Assembly (NCBI RefSeq): GCF_006345805.1
Contig: NC_042999.1
Coordinates: 28,396,001 to 28,460,000 of the forward strand
Direction of reading: 5' to 3'
DNA from: Octopus sinensis
Lineage: Eukaryota
Length of the DNA: 64,000 bases
Program-made: the position numbers and the translations under genes
The notes under the pieces: model-generated
The model's input: the letters and a program-made list of their open reading frames with translations, nothing else
The model's database searches: none
Told to the model about the DNA's origin: nothing
Part shown: piece by piece, positions 38,992-50,959 of the stretch
How positions within the stretch are numbered: the first letter of the stretch is position 1
Layout: each line of letters begins with the position of its first letter

Positions 38992-39354
38992 ATGGCCACT
39001 GGTCACCACGAGGCTGAGGTGCAAGTCAAGCGTGACACAGAGACAGAAAAACAGGATGCTCTGTTAGCATACGCTGAACCTGACAACAACACCACCACCT
39101 CCACCACCATCAACATCGACAACAGCAACAAATACAAAACAAAGGTCGCAAGGCCAAGCACCGTCAACACCATCAGTAAGTCCACCACCAACACCGACAA
39201 CAACACCATGGCAGAATCTGCTACTAAAACTACTATCCCTACTAAAGACATCGCCACCAATAACAATACCAACACCACCATCACCGCCACCAAAGACCGT
39301 GCCGTCAATGCTACTAATACTACTAACACCACCGCCGTCACCAAGAACGACAAT

Positions 39355-39386
<32 letters not shown>

Positions 39387-41012
39387 CGACGACGACAACA
39401 ACAATTCCCTTCAACCACTGCTCACTCCATCACCAACAAGTGAAAAAATAACGACGAGAAGCAAACGAAATGCCGAAATTTGCGCTAATGCAGGACTAAA
39501 TTACGCAGGCAATTTCCCACCCCTTGCTAGTTGCATAATCAGCAACCACAAACCTACAACCCACACCCCTGCCATCAACACCAACACCACCGGCAGTAAC
39601 AACAATAACAAAACAACAACAAACTTCGCCGAGGCGATAAAAGAAAAGGTAACAAAAGTTTCGTTTACTACACAACAGATTAAAGATTGCAGAAACCTTA
39701 TTACAAATCAAAACGGAAAAATACTCTTACACATACCTCAGCACATACTGAATGAGGAGAAAAAAAAGACAATTGTATATAAAATCACAAATAAAAAAAC
39801 TAAAAGTCCAGAAAAGGCAAGCACAGACAAAGTCGAAAAGTGCTTACGCCCATCTGGGGATACAAGGATTGTGTGACTTGGGCGAACAAGTTCGCACACG
39901 TACAGGTGGTTTTTCAGAATGAAGAGTTGGCGAAGAAATTCTCAACGATAACCCTTCATTCTGATGAACTAACGTTGACACCGAGTTACCTCGGCCAGAA
40001 GGTGACGAAAGTCATTATCAGTGGTGTCCCCCAAGTGACTACAACACTGTGGATAACATCCGCCTTAACATCCGAAATGGAGGACTTAAACATCCTAGAT
40101 ATCGGTGTTTCGGAAAACAAGGACTGGCTGGGAAAGAGAATAGAGTTCCTCTTCCACATAAGTCAAGAGGACATAAATAAAATCCCCACCCACGTACATC
40201 TTGAGGATGGCCGCAAGTTATACGTAGTAGTCGAGGGCAGAAGGCCACGATGCTATACATGTGGCAGTGAGGCACACCTCAAAAAGGAGTGCAAATCTGC
40301 CGCAAAATTACAACAACAACAACAGCCACAGGAAAAATCACAAAAGCCAGGATTATTGCCCACACCACAATATGGACAGCTAGTCAAGAAGCTGTATGCG
40401 GAAATGCAGGAAAAACAACAAAAAACAAGCCAACCCAACCAAACAACACCAACACCAGCGCCAAGAACAGAATCATCACCACCAACAACAAATAAACCAA
40501 TTCCAACACCAAGAATAACAACGAAGACAAGCACCAAGGATGTAGGAGAGACAATAACCACAACAAAACCCCCAGCAACACCCTCCCCGCGCACCACAAC
40601 AATATCTACAACCGCACAAACACACCCAGACGCTTTACCCTTGCCCCCTGCTGATTCGTCAGACTTTTCATCTAACGATGAAAGTTCGACGGAATGGCAA
40701 ATAGCCACAGGGGGTAAAAGAAAAAGATCAAGAAAAACCAAACAAGAAATCGCAACCAAAGCAGGGAGATACCTGAACCCTGAAAACTCCATACACAACA
40801 AAACAAGCACCAACACCACAAAAACAATGCTATCAGCGATAGACACAAAAGACTCCAAACTAATGGAGTACATCACAGGATACACAAACATTTGTGAAGA
40901 TGACTTTAAAAATAGCAATCATCCACGCACTACACACCCAAACACATCAAAATACTACACATCACACAAACACAACACCACAAACTCAAAGCCCTCTTCC
41001 CAAATGCTGTAG
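38992..41012 (+). pseudogene. Tx1 ORF1 (gag-like), frameshifted
   Basis: ATG at 38992; Thr/Asn-rich N-terminus; frame change in 39804-39876; VQVVFQNEELAKKF..PSYLG.KVTKVIISGVP; CCHC knuckle CYTCGSEAHLKKEC at 40251-40292; Pro/Thr-rich tail. Confidence 0.85.
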
Positions 41013-41160
41013 GGGGTTTCCAGAAATATCTGTCCCAAAAACTATATAGAAACCTCCTCGAAGACACATCAAAGAACGAGGAAGCCAAAACTTTCGACAC
41101 AAGTAAGTAACTCTCTGTACTTTCATTTGTGTGTTTTAAAGCACACACCCCAATAGAATC

Positions 41161-44100
41161 ATGGTCAAGATTGGTTGTGTGAATGCGCGTGGCTTGGGGT
41201 CTCCTTGGAAACAAGGATACCTCCTAAATGACATCAAGTCACATGATTTGGGAATCATAGCCATAAGTGAGACCAGACTCCACGAGCCACGGGCCCTAAA
41301 GTCCATGTTTGGCGGACAGTTTAACATTTATTTCGCTCCCTGTCTGCCGAGGATGGGCGGTAGTGGCACCGCGGTACTTTTTCACAAGAGCCTGGATCTC
41401 GAAGTCAAGACGATATTCGTAGACCCGGAGGGTAGACTGATCGTTCTGGATGTTGACGGCAGCAATGGGTGCGCTTTTCGACTCGTATCAGTCTACGCAC
41501 CGCCCTTAACAGGTCGGGCGGATTTCTTTCGACGTCTAGAAGTATTCTTGGGAACGTCTCGTCCTTTACTCTTAGTGGGGGATTGGAATGCTACCTTGGA
41601 CACGCATGTAGACTACGTGGGTAGAGACAGAAACAGAAGGGGATGCAAATGCCTCAGAGACCTGCTCAGACGATTCCAACTGTCTGACAGGTACAGACTC
41701 GACCACCCAAATGCACCAACGTGGACATGGAGCAACCGCAGTGGGTCGTCGAGATCGTATCTAGATAGGATACTGTGTAGGACAGTAGACAAGGATAACT
41801 TAGGATGTCCACAATTCCACACAGTCAGCTACACGGATCACAAATTGGTGACGTGTACGCTAGACTTAGATAAGGCACATAGACAGGGTCCTGGGTACTG
41901 GAAACTGAACGCATCATTCCCGTCCAGACAAGTTTTCAGAGACCGGATTAGCACACTAGTAAAGAGGGCTTTGACGGGAGCCATCATCAACAACAAATGG
42001 TGGTTTGCCCTCAAGAGAGCAGTAAAAGCAGAAGCGATTAGGTACAGCAAAGCACTAGCCATAGATAGAAATAGAGTAGAGGGTGAGCTAGTTAAGAAGC
42101 TAGAAGAGGCAATTAGAAGCGGCATCGCATCCGACGTTTTGGCGGCGAGGTTGGCCCTCGACCAACACTTCAACGCCAAACACGAAGGATGTGCTGTCAG
42201 AGCTAGGATGCGTGCTCTAAGGAACGAAGGTGTTGGAGCCGCGAGAGAGGCCCGGGTGGCAGAGGCGCAACAGGGCAACAAAGCCACCATTCGGTCACTG
42301 GTAGATGAACAGGGGCGCGAATTGCTCGAGCCAAGTAAAATGTGTGAGGCCTTTCAGCAGCATTTTGCCCGACTGTTCGGGACGAGTGGAGGGCAAGAAC
42401 GTAGGGTAGACTTCAGTGCCTACCTACATAGCCTGCCACGACTCTCGACAAGAAAGGCAGGGTGCTGCGAAGGTGCCATCACGGCGGCGGAAGTGCGGGA
42501 AGCGATGGCAGAATGCTCGAGGGACAAATCACCGGGTTTGGATGGTCTACCCTACGAATTTTACTATTGTATGCCAGACTTGTTTGGAGACGTCTTGGCA
42601 GCGGTATACTGCAACTGGCAGCAAAACGGGAGCATACCCGGTTTTGTGAGTCGAGGAGCTGTAACTCTGCTGAAGAAAGATCCAAACAAGGGAAACATTA
42701 TAGATAACTTTAGGCCAATCACTCTGCTCAATGCAGACCTGAAAATTTTGACAAAGGTGTTAGCCAAGAGGTTGGCGCTTGTCATGGAGAAACTGGTCGA
42801 CAACGCACAAACGTGCGCCGTGCCGGGCCGGAGCATCCATGACAACCTCCATCTGATGCGCTACATCATAGACAGGGTAGTTAACGAACCTGGCATGGGT
42901 GGGGCCCTGATCAACTTGGATCAATCGAAAGCCTTTGATAGGGTAGACCATCGATACTTGGAGGCAGTCCTGAGAGCGGCTGGTTTCGGTCCCGTCTTCC
43001 GCGGCTGGATAGCTGCCTTGTACAGAGGCATCCGTTCGGTAATTCGCGTAAATGGACATCTATCGAGACCCTTCGACATTGCACGTTCGGTCCGTCAGGG
43101 ATGCCCCCTCTCGGCGCTTCTATACGTATTGACTCTTGAGCCACTACTGCGGAAGCTGGCGACTCTGAGGGGCATCCCGCGAGAATTAGGATGCGGGACG
43201 AGCGTGTCTGCATACGCGGACGACGTCACCGTCATAGTGTCAAGCCACGAGCACATCGAGCGGGTCGGCGAGACACTGAAAGACTACGAAGCGGTGACAG
43301 GAGCAAAAATCAACCGGGAAAAGTCAGTGGGCTTGCGGCTCGGCACCTGGAGAAGCAAGCCCATGCCGTCCACCAGTACCTCCGTCGTGGGACGCTGGAC
43401 AGACGGCCCGGTTGAGTTGCTCGGGGTCTGGTTCGGTCCGGACCTCCAAATGGAGAAGAACTGGAATGAGATAACGAGTAGGGTGGTCACTCTCGCCCAG
43501 CAATGGGCCGAGAGGAAACTGTCCCTAAAAGGTCGGGCGGAGGTGGTGAACGCGTACATCGCGTCCATCATCTACTACCGCCTGACCGTCGTACCTTGTC
43601 CCGACCCTACCATCACCAAACTAGAACGCATCCTCTTCCGCTTCTTGTGGAAAGGATGCGTCCCGATGGTCAGGCGATCCATTTGCTGTCAACACCCGTT
43701 AAAAGGAGGGCTGGGCATGCCGTGGTTGATGATGCGCAGACACGCGCTGAGACTGCGACATCTCCGGCTCTATGTAGACGACGGTGAACAGGTGTGGTCG
43801 CCGTCTGTGAGGCACGCATTCCCGCAACTCGTCTCCATGACCGAACTACAGTCGTGGATCAAAAAGAGGCCGAAGAAGGGCGAATGGCACCGCGAGTGTC
43901 GCGTTGCTCTCAAGCAACTCTGCCGTCCCGGGACGACCTTGAGTGACTTCAACACAACCAAAGCATTCTATAGGGGATTAGTGGAGGGGAGGTACGACGA
44001 CGAGCTCGGGGCAAACCTGGGCGTCGACGAGGAATACCTGACCCGCCTGTTTCAAACGACTTTCGGCCCGGGACCTATGGACAACTTCCAGAGATCCCTG

Positions 44101-44403
44101 GCCTGGCGGTGCTACCGAGAAGCGCTACCCGTTCGGGATACGCTCTATAGGCATGGCTCGAGAAACACGGGGCCGACCTGCCCAAGATGCGGGCAGAGCG
44201 ACGAAACCGCTCTGCACGCAATCGTGCAGTGTCCAGCAATTTTCCACCTGTGGGCTTATGTCGAACGACTGCTGTCACGTGTGGGACGTGTCGGTTTATC
44301 AGCCGAATCTATCGTTAATATCGCCACGCCTCCTTCCTTCACACGGGAAGGAAGAGCTATTTTTATCATACTTGTGGCTATGGCGAAAGAATGTATCTGG
44401 TGA
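41161..44403 (+). CDS. Tx1 ORF2: apurinic-like endonuclease + reverse transcriptase + C-terminal Cys/His motif (1080 aa, premature stop)
   Basis: APE motifs CVNARGL, ISET, VYAP, GDWNA, SYLDRI, TDH; RT motifs KSPGLDG, FRPITLLNAD.K, LDQSKAFDRV, VRQGCPLS, YADD; CPRCGQSDETALHAIVQC. Confidence 0.95.
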   Translation: MVKIGCVNARGLGSPWKQGYLLNDIKSHDLGIIAISETRLHEPRALKSMFGGQFNIYFAPCLPRMGGSGTAVLFHKSLDLEVKTIFVDPEGRLIVLDVDGSNGCAFRLVSVYAPPLTGRADFFRRLEVFLGTSRPLLLVGDWNATLDTHVDYVGRDRNRRGCKCLRDLLRRFQLSDRYRLDHPNAPTWTWSNRSGSSRSYLDRILCRTVDKDNLGCPQFHTVSYTDHKLVTCTLDLDKAHRQGPGYWKLNASFPSRQVFRDRISTLVKRALTGAIINNKWWFALKRAVKAEAIRYSKALAIDRNRVEGELVKKLEEAIRSGIASDVLAARLALDQHFNAKHEGCAVRARMRALRNEGVGAAREARVAEAQQGNKATIRSLVDEQGRELLEPSKMCEAFQQHFARLFGTSGGQERRVDFSAYLHSLPRLSTRKAGCCEGAITAAEVREAMAECSRDKSPGLDGLPYEFYYCMPDLFGDVLAAVYCNWQQNGSIPGFVSRGAVTLLKKDPNKGNIIDNFRPITLLNADLKILTKVLAKRLALVMEKLVDNAQTCAVPGRSIHDNLHLMRYIIDRVVNEPGMGGALINLDQSKAFDRVDHRYLEAVLRAAGFGPVFRGWIAALYRGIRSVIRVNGHLSRPFDIARSVRQGCPLSALLYVLTLEPLLRKLATLRGIPRELGCGTSVSAYADDVTVIVSSHEHIERVGETLKDYEAVTGAKINREKSVGLRLGTWRSKPMPSTSTSVVGRWTDGPVELLGVWFGPDLQMEKNWNEITSRVVTLAQQWAERKLSLKGRAEVVNAYIASIIYYRLTVVPCPDPTITKLERILFRFLWKGCVPMVRRSICCQHPLKGGLGMPWLMMRRHALRLRHLRLYVDDGEQVWSPSVRHAFPQLVSMTELQSWIKKRPKKGEWHRECRVALKQLCRPGTTLSDFNTTKAFYRGLVEGRYDDELGANLGVDEEYLTRLFQTTFGPGPMDNFQRSLAWRCYREALPVRDTLYRHGSRNTGPTCPRCGQSDETALHAIVQCPAIFHLWAYVERLLSRVGRVGLSAESIVNIATPPSFTREGRAIFIILVAMAKECIW

Positions 44404-44914
44404 ACGCGTCTGAAAGGATTAGAGACAAACACTTTCCACTTTTTTCTTCAAGTATCACTCGAAGAAAAAAGTGAGAGTAGAGAGGCAAGTTTTGTCTAGT
44501 GAATGTTTTAAAAAAAGATGGGTGAATGTAGCAAGGATGGCACGTATGAATGACGAAGCCACCTTGACTATGATTCTATGAACCGTAAAAATTAATACAG
44601 AGAGTTGCTTATTTGCAAAAAAAAAAAAAGAAATATAACATGTGACTTCATTGACCAAGGTTACCGTGGTCTTTTCCGTAGGCTTTTCTTTCCACGGGTA
44701 AACCTCACCTGTCCTCCCCTTTACACTTCATATTGACATTTCTGTGATAACGATCCCTATTGATCAATTTTTTTCCTCTCCCCCTTTTTTTTTTACCCCC
44801 CCTTTTTTTTTTATTTAAATTTTTTTTTTTTTTTTTTTTTTACCTCCAAAAGAAAAGCTCTACCTTGTAATTTGTTCTATCTGTGTGCAGCCCTGTGTGG
44901 CTAATAAAGAAACA

Positions 44915-44967
<53 letters not shown>

Positions 44968-44979
44968 CTCTCTCTCTCA

Positions 44980-45040
<61 letters not shown>

Positions 45041-45109
45041 CGAGTGAACGGAAAAAGAGGCGCTCAACGTGTTTTATATGAATTCCATATAATATTATTT
45101 AAAGCCGTT

Positions 45110-45341
45110 AGGTGGCGAGCTAGCAGAAACGTTATCACGCCGGGCGAAATGCGTAGCCGTATTTCGTCTGCCGTTACGTTGTGAGTTCAAATTCCGCCGA
45201 GGTTGACGTTGCCCTTCGTCCTTTCGGGGTCGATAAATCAAGTACTAGTCACACACTGAAGTCTATGTAATCGACTTAATCCCCTTGTCTGTTCTTGTTT
45301 GTCCCTTCTATGTTTAGCCCCTTGTGGGTAATAAAGAAATA
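45110..45341 (+). mobile_element. tRNA-derived SINE (30424-30656 family)
   Basis: AGGTGGCGAGCTAGCAGAAACG...GTTCAAATTCCGCCGAGG...GTAATAAAGAAATA. Confidence 0.9.
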
Positions 45342-45720
45342 AATTATCTAAAACCGCTTGATTCGGTCTAATGCATCTTGAAATTTTTGTGCGCTCATCA
45401 CAGAAACTAGCACCTCAGGCTTACTCGAACCAGGTTCCTTTCATGTGTAGCTAACTGTAATATGATTAGTACTTTTTCAAGATTGAGAAGTAGATATTTA
45501 TTTCGTTGATATCATATCTGTGTAAAGCATAAAGGAATTTCATAAATCTTGGAATCAGCCATGTTTCAGATTCGAAGAGTTATCATTGGGGTTATGAAAT
45601 AATGTCTAATAAATTCTTGGTAATTATTTATTAAATAGGTAGAAATCATAAATTTATTTAGGTGGTGGTAATGACTATGCGACACTTGCATATTCTCCAC
45701 GCTATTGTGTTATAAGTTAA

Positions 45721-45880
45721 GCCGGAGTGGCTATGTGGTAAGTAGCTTGTTTACCAACCGCATGGTTCCGGGTTCAGTCTCACTGCGTGGCGCCTTGGGC
45801 AAGTGTTTTCTAGTATAGCCTCGGGCCGACCAAAGCCTTGTGAGTGGATTTGGTTGACGGAAACTGAAAGAAGCCCGTCG

Positions 45881-45952
<72 letters not shown>

Positions 45953-46237
45953 TATATGTATATATATATATGTGTGTGTGTGTGTGTGGGTGTGGTTGTG
46001 TGAGAGCGTGTATGTTTGTGTGTCTCTCTTTGTCCCCCTAGCATTGCTTGACAACCGATGCTGGTGTGTTTATGTCCCCGTCACTTAGCGGTTCTGCAAT
46101 AGAGACCGATAGAAGAAGTACTTGGCTTACAAAGAATAAGTCCTGGGGTCGAGTTGATCGATTAAAGGCTGTGCTCCAGCATGGCCGCAGTCAATCGACT
46201 AAAATAAGTAAAAGAGTAAAAGAGAGAGTAAAAGAGT
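45721..46237 (+). mobile_element. SINE of the 16463-16877 family with expanded internal (TA)/(TG)
   Basis: GGAGTGGCTATGTGGTAAGTAGC...GTGCTCCAGCATGGCCGCAG...(AAAAGAGT)n. Confidence 0.9.
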
Positions 46238-46885
46238 ATGTATGAAGTTACTGTGATCTCTCCAAAACATAAGTCATTAATACAGATGAATTCACCCCGA
46301 AACTTCAGAATATACGACTGTATTATTAAAATTGACTTTGAACCGTAATGAGAAAATACGAACGTATCTTGTTTTCTTTTATGGCAAATATAAAAATTTG
46401 AAAGCAGAGAAACTTCAGAAACCACAACCTGTGATTTGTTTAAACGAATTTGCGATTCAATGAAATTATCAGTATAACATAAAAGAAAATAAATGAGTAT
46501 CTGTATTATGCAAATGAACCGCAAAAGAAATTGCAGTTTCAGTAGAACGCTGATTTGTAAATATGTGTTGCAAGTTCTTTAATTGAAAACATCAAAAGTT
46601 TGCAATCGGTAACTAACAATCAGTATATTAAATATTGAACAAGTGATCGAGGTGCAAATCAATCACGTGCTAGCAATTCGTCTGATTATTCGAAGTTGAT
46701 TTTTCCGTCTTTAATACAAAAGTGTAGTGCAGATAATAATCTGTCAATAATCTAAAGTACAATCTAAGTATATTGATCTCGATAGTATCGTGAATCTTAG
46801 TGGGAGGAATATTTTGATGTTTTGAGCAAACCTTATCTTGACGGCGGAAAAATACATGTTATTATCTTTGTTTAGATGTAACAGT

Positions 46886-47218
46886 GTGAGGGCGCGTGGC
46901 TTAGTGGTTAGGGCATTCGGCTCATGATCGTAAGGTTGTGAGTTTGATTCCCGGCGACGCGTTGTGTCCTTGAGCAAGACACTTTATTTCACGTTGCTCC
47001 AGTCCACTCAGCTGGCAAAAATGAGTTGTACTTGTATTTCAAAGGGTCAGCCTTGTCACTCTCTGTGTCACGCTGATTATCCCCGAGAACTACGTTAAGG
47101 GTACACGTGTCTGTGGAATGCTCAGCCATTTGCACGTTAGTTTCACGAGCAAGCTGTTCCGTTGATCGTATCAGCTGGGACCCTCGTCGTCGTAACCGGC
47201 GGAGTCTTTAAGATAAGA
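46886..47218 (+). mobile_element. tRNA-derived CORE-like SINE with 12-bp TSD
   Basis: TGGCTTAGTGG and GAGTTTGATTCCC boxes; GTTGTGTCCTTGAGCAAGACACTT; TSD agatgtaacagt at 46874-46885 and 47219-47230; 3' half shared with 3165-3541. Confidence 0.9.
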
Positions 47219-48089
47219 AGATGTAACAGTCAACATACTGAAACAGGAATACCACCAGAATGATATAGCAGTGACAAAAATTAACACCGTTTCATATGCA
47301 CAATAATAACAATGTCGGAAAGACGACAATATAGGAAAAATGTGATTAGGAAGCAACCACATGGTTCCGAGCTCAGTTACATTTGCAGCAATTCGGTCAA
47401 GTATCATTTACTGAAGTAAAGACCCGACCAAAGCCTTGTGATTGGATTTGGTAGACGGAAATTGAAACAAGCTCGTTGCATACACACATGCGTGCGTTGG
47501 ATTTTTTTTCTTCTTTTTGTCTGTATGTATCTTCCACCAGCGCTTGACTCTTACATCTAAACATAGATAGTATAGTATTTTCCGCCGTCCCCGTAAAAGT
47601 GAAAGACAGAATATGTACTAGGTATAAAAAAAAAAAATAGTGGCGTTGATGCATTCAATTAAAATTCTTCCAACCATTACCTCAGCCTGGCCGCAGTCCA
47701 TGAGTGAAACAAGCAAAAGACAAAATATAAAAGCTATCAACTTGTTAAAATATTTAATGTTGCGAGCAAATAAAAGAATTCCCGTTAGAAAAATTTATAC
47801 GTTGCTGCACTGGTAACATTTGATTAATAAATAATATTAGTTTTTTTTTTATCATGGCAGTATGTACACGAGACGTATTCAAACATAAAAGATCTTCAGT
47901 CGAACTTACCGAAATAAGGATAAAAGAATTATTCAGCAAATGTTCAGTATAGGAAAGCATAAAAATATACTGATGTTTGTTACTGTAACATCTCATCTTT
48001 ATTGAAAACAAGCAGCTGAATTAACGCATTCAATATAGTATTCATAAAGAAGATAATTAGAATAATTGTCACTCGTACATGCCACGGAT

Positions 48090-48805
48090 GTTACCTTTTG
48101 ACAGACAAATTTAAAAAATAATTTTTTGTAACTAAGCACTTTCAAACTTCGTATACTTGTACATTGTATCACATAAAGCATCTTTTACTCTTGGCGTTGT
48201 TGAGAAAATTCTGTATTTTGGAATTTATTTTTGTTAAAGTTGTCGTATTTCGGTAATTTCAACCAATCAAAACCCTATTAAAACCCTAACGCTAACCCTA
48301 ACTCCAAAACCCTAACCCTAACCCTAAAATCCTAACCCTAAAACCCTAACCTTAAATCCCTAACCCTAAAACCCTAACCTTAAAACCCTAGGCCTAACCC
48401 TAAAACCCTAACCTTAAATCCCTAACCCTAAAACCCTAACCTTAAAACCCTAGGCCTAACCCTAAAACCCTAACCCCAAAACCCTAAACCTAAAACTCTA
48501 ACCCTAAAACCAGTACAAACGCACGAACGATGTCATAAATAACAGTGACAAACGAAATATACACCGCCGATAGATGTTGTTGACAAACAACGGCAGTAAT
48601 TTTATTCAGCTGATTACACGTCATTAAATGGTTGAAATTACCGAAATACAACAACTTTAACAAAAAATAACTTTTAAAATACAGAATTTTCTCAACAACG
48701 CCAAGAGTAAAAGATGTTTTATGTGGCACATCCTACCAGTATACGAAGTTTGAAAGTGTTTACTTACAAATTTTCCTTTTATCTGTCGGTCAAAATATAA
48801 AGATC
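48090..48805. mobile_element. Fold-back/MITE-like element with ~170-bp inverted arms enclosing telomere-like repeats
   Basis: 48096-48265 is the imperfect reverse complement of 48629-48795 (e.g. CATCTTTTACTCTTGGCGTTGTTGAGAAAATTCTGTATTTT). Confidence 0.8.
48268..48511. repeat. Degenerate (CCCTAA)n / AAAACCCT telomere-like array with a ~61-bp higher-order duplication
   Basis: CCCTAA hexamers alternate with AAAACCCT; a CCCTAGGCCTAA variant occurs twice ~61 bp apart. Confidence 0.9.
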
Positions 48806-49179
48806 CCTTGCCATAATCATTTAATGGATTTTGATGATTAAACTAAGGTATTTTATTTTAGCCAAAGCGTACATATTCATTTAAATAAAGCATATTTACT
48901 CTTGTAGAATAATTCACCTCTAACTAATATCTCTGTAATCATTACATGGGTAATGATAAGAGACTTACTATATAGTGATAAAAATATTGACATTGTTAAT
49001 TTCCTTGAGGAGGTATAATGTCTCCGAGACATATCCAGGGTTGTGTCATGTATTTATCGGTGGGATTTACATAATATTGTTAATGTTAATAATTGTCCAC
49101 CACATAAATATTTTATCTAGGTTTAGGATTACACCGTATCAAATTTGTGAAAACTAGCATAACTTTTGTTTTTCACCAG

Positions 49180-49344
49180 GATGACATTTCTGAGAAACAA
49201 AATTCAGTAAGTTACTTCTTTAAAATCAGAAGATTAAGATAATTAGGCAACGTAATTGTGTCTTGAAAGTATCCAGTTCATGCGTTCATGTTCGGTGAAT
49301 TTTAATTTGGTTTTTCATATTTTCTAGGGTGAATAGGAAGAAAT
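49180..49344 (+). CDS. Two candidate micro-exons (49180-49206, 27 nt; 49328-49344, 17 nt) of an unidentified host gene
   Basis: Acceptors ttttgtttttcaccAG and ttttaatttggtttttcatattttctAG; both donors GTAAGT; 121-nt intron. Spliced reading is either MTFLRNKIQVNRKK (open) or DDISEKQNSGE*. Confidence 0.5.
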
Positions 49345-50726
49345 GTAAGTCAATTCCTAGTGTCAGTTTCATCGATGACTCTCTTCTCTAAACTTCTCTG
49401 ATTGCGTAAGAAATCTTCTTCATAGTAGTAGTAGTTGTTGTTGTGGTGGTGGTGGTGGGTGCTGTTGCTGTTTAACTGACCGAGCACAACTAAAATGAAG
49501 GACATTGCCAGCACGGAGTGATTTGAGGGCTTTCGTCTTTTATTTTCGCTAAAAGATTGTGAGATAAGCGCGAAAATACATTATTTTTCTTCTATGAACC
49601 AGTAGTATAGCACTGATTCTTTAGTGAATTCCTTCAGAAACAATGGGAATCAACTTGCGTGAGAGAATACAGAACTTGTTTCCTGTTAACTGAGTTCAGG
49701 TTTTTTTTTAACAAATAAACATCCTATCTGTGATGGAGAATAAAAAAAGAGAAAGAGAAAAAGAGAAAAAGACAAAGAGAGAGAGAGAGAAAGAGAGAAA
49801 GAGAGAAAAGAGAGAAAGAGAGAGAAAGTGAAGAGAAGAAAAAGAAGAAAAAGAAGAAACAGGTACAGGAGAGGGTGAAGAAGAATAAGAATAACAACAA
49901 AAATCAGAAGTGGAAGGGAGGCGGAGGCGGAGGAGGAGGAAGCGGAGAAGAAGAAGAAGAAGAAGAAGAAGAAGAAGAAGAAGAAGAAGAAGAAGAAGAA
50001 GAAGAAGAAGAATATGTCTATTTATTTATCCTGAACTGTAGAAACGCTAAGATGAGCTGAACGACATTTACATATAACTAAAATTCTAGCATTTTTGGCG
50101 GTGCTCAAATGTATTAAATCTTTTAAAACGGATGTTATGAGATACACATTCGCTTTTATTTTCACAATACCCTTATGCTTATAAATTTAGAAAATATTAT
50201 TTGAACGAGTAACTGGTGTATCTTACCATCTTAGGTTCCTGTAGTTTATAACACCTTGGAAATTAAATGCAGAGCTACTCACTCAGTAAATTTGAAAGAT
50301 ATCTAGCAGATTTGCATGCAGATGTATTAAATTTTAGACGACGTCGAAATTTTATTCCTTCCAAACTGAAATATTCTTCGGGAGACTTCTAGCCAATCTT
50401 ATTTTCTAGCTTTTTAATATAATAACTAAGCTGTTAAAAGTGAAATATAATGGATCGTTTCTTTAATTCAGTTTAGTTATTGTGTTTGCCAATGTTATCT
50501 GGTTAAAACTAAGTACATTAAGATTATAGTTTTTGAAAGAAAATCAAAGTTAAGTGGGCTGCATTTTCGGCAATGCAGTTGAGTGTACAATGGAAATAGA
50601 TATTGCTGTATTGTTGAAATTGCATCGTAACTTAAATGGTTAATTTGGATTGCAGTAATAAATAAAGCAACAGCCTAGATTACCTTAAAAAGCTTAGAAT
50701 ATCGATGATTCATTTACAAATATGTA

Positions 50727-50959
50727 TATTTCTTTATTGCCCACAAGGGGCTAAACATAGAAGGGACAAACAAGGATAAACAAACGGATTAAGTCGATTA
50801 TATCTACCCCAGTGCGTAACTGGTACTTAATTTATCGACCCCGAAACGATGAAAGGCAAAGTCGACCTCGGCGGAATTCGAACTCAGATCGTAGCGTCAG
50901 AAAAAATACTGCTAAGCATTCATTCGCCCGGCGTGCTAACGTTTCTGCCAGCTCGCCGC
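50727..50959 (-). mobile_element. tRNA-derived SINE (30424-30656 family)
   Basis: Full head-to-tail match on the minus strand. Confidence 0.9.

Larger units (their letters stand above)
38773..44914 (+). mobile_element. Near full-length Tx1/L1-clade non-LTR retrotransposon between (TATC)n arrays
   Basis: 5' UTR, ORF1, ORF2 (APE-RT-Cys/His), 3' UTR ending AATAAAGAAACA with no poly(A); (TATC)4 at 38757-38772 and (TATC)n at 44915-44966. Confidence 0.95.

Noticed and set aside
41102-41142. Donor GTAAGT and acceptor-like TTTTAAAG between Tx1 ORF1 and ORF2
   Set aside because: The intron would be only ~40 nt, and the GTAAGTAA overlaps the likely ORF1 stop codon.
41600-44300. Many overlapping antisense and alternate-frame ORFs
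   Set aside because: Shadows of the GC-richer Tx1 ORF2.
48268-48511. True telomere or chromosome end
   Set aside because: Short, degenerate, internal and enclosed by inverted arms.
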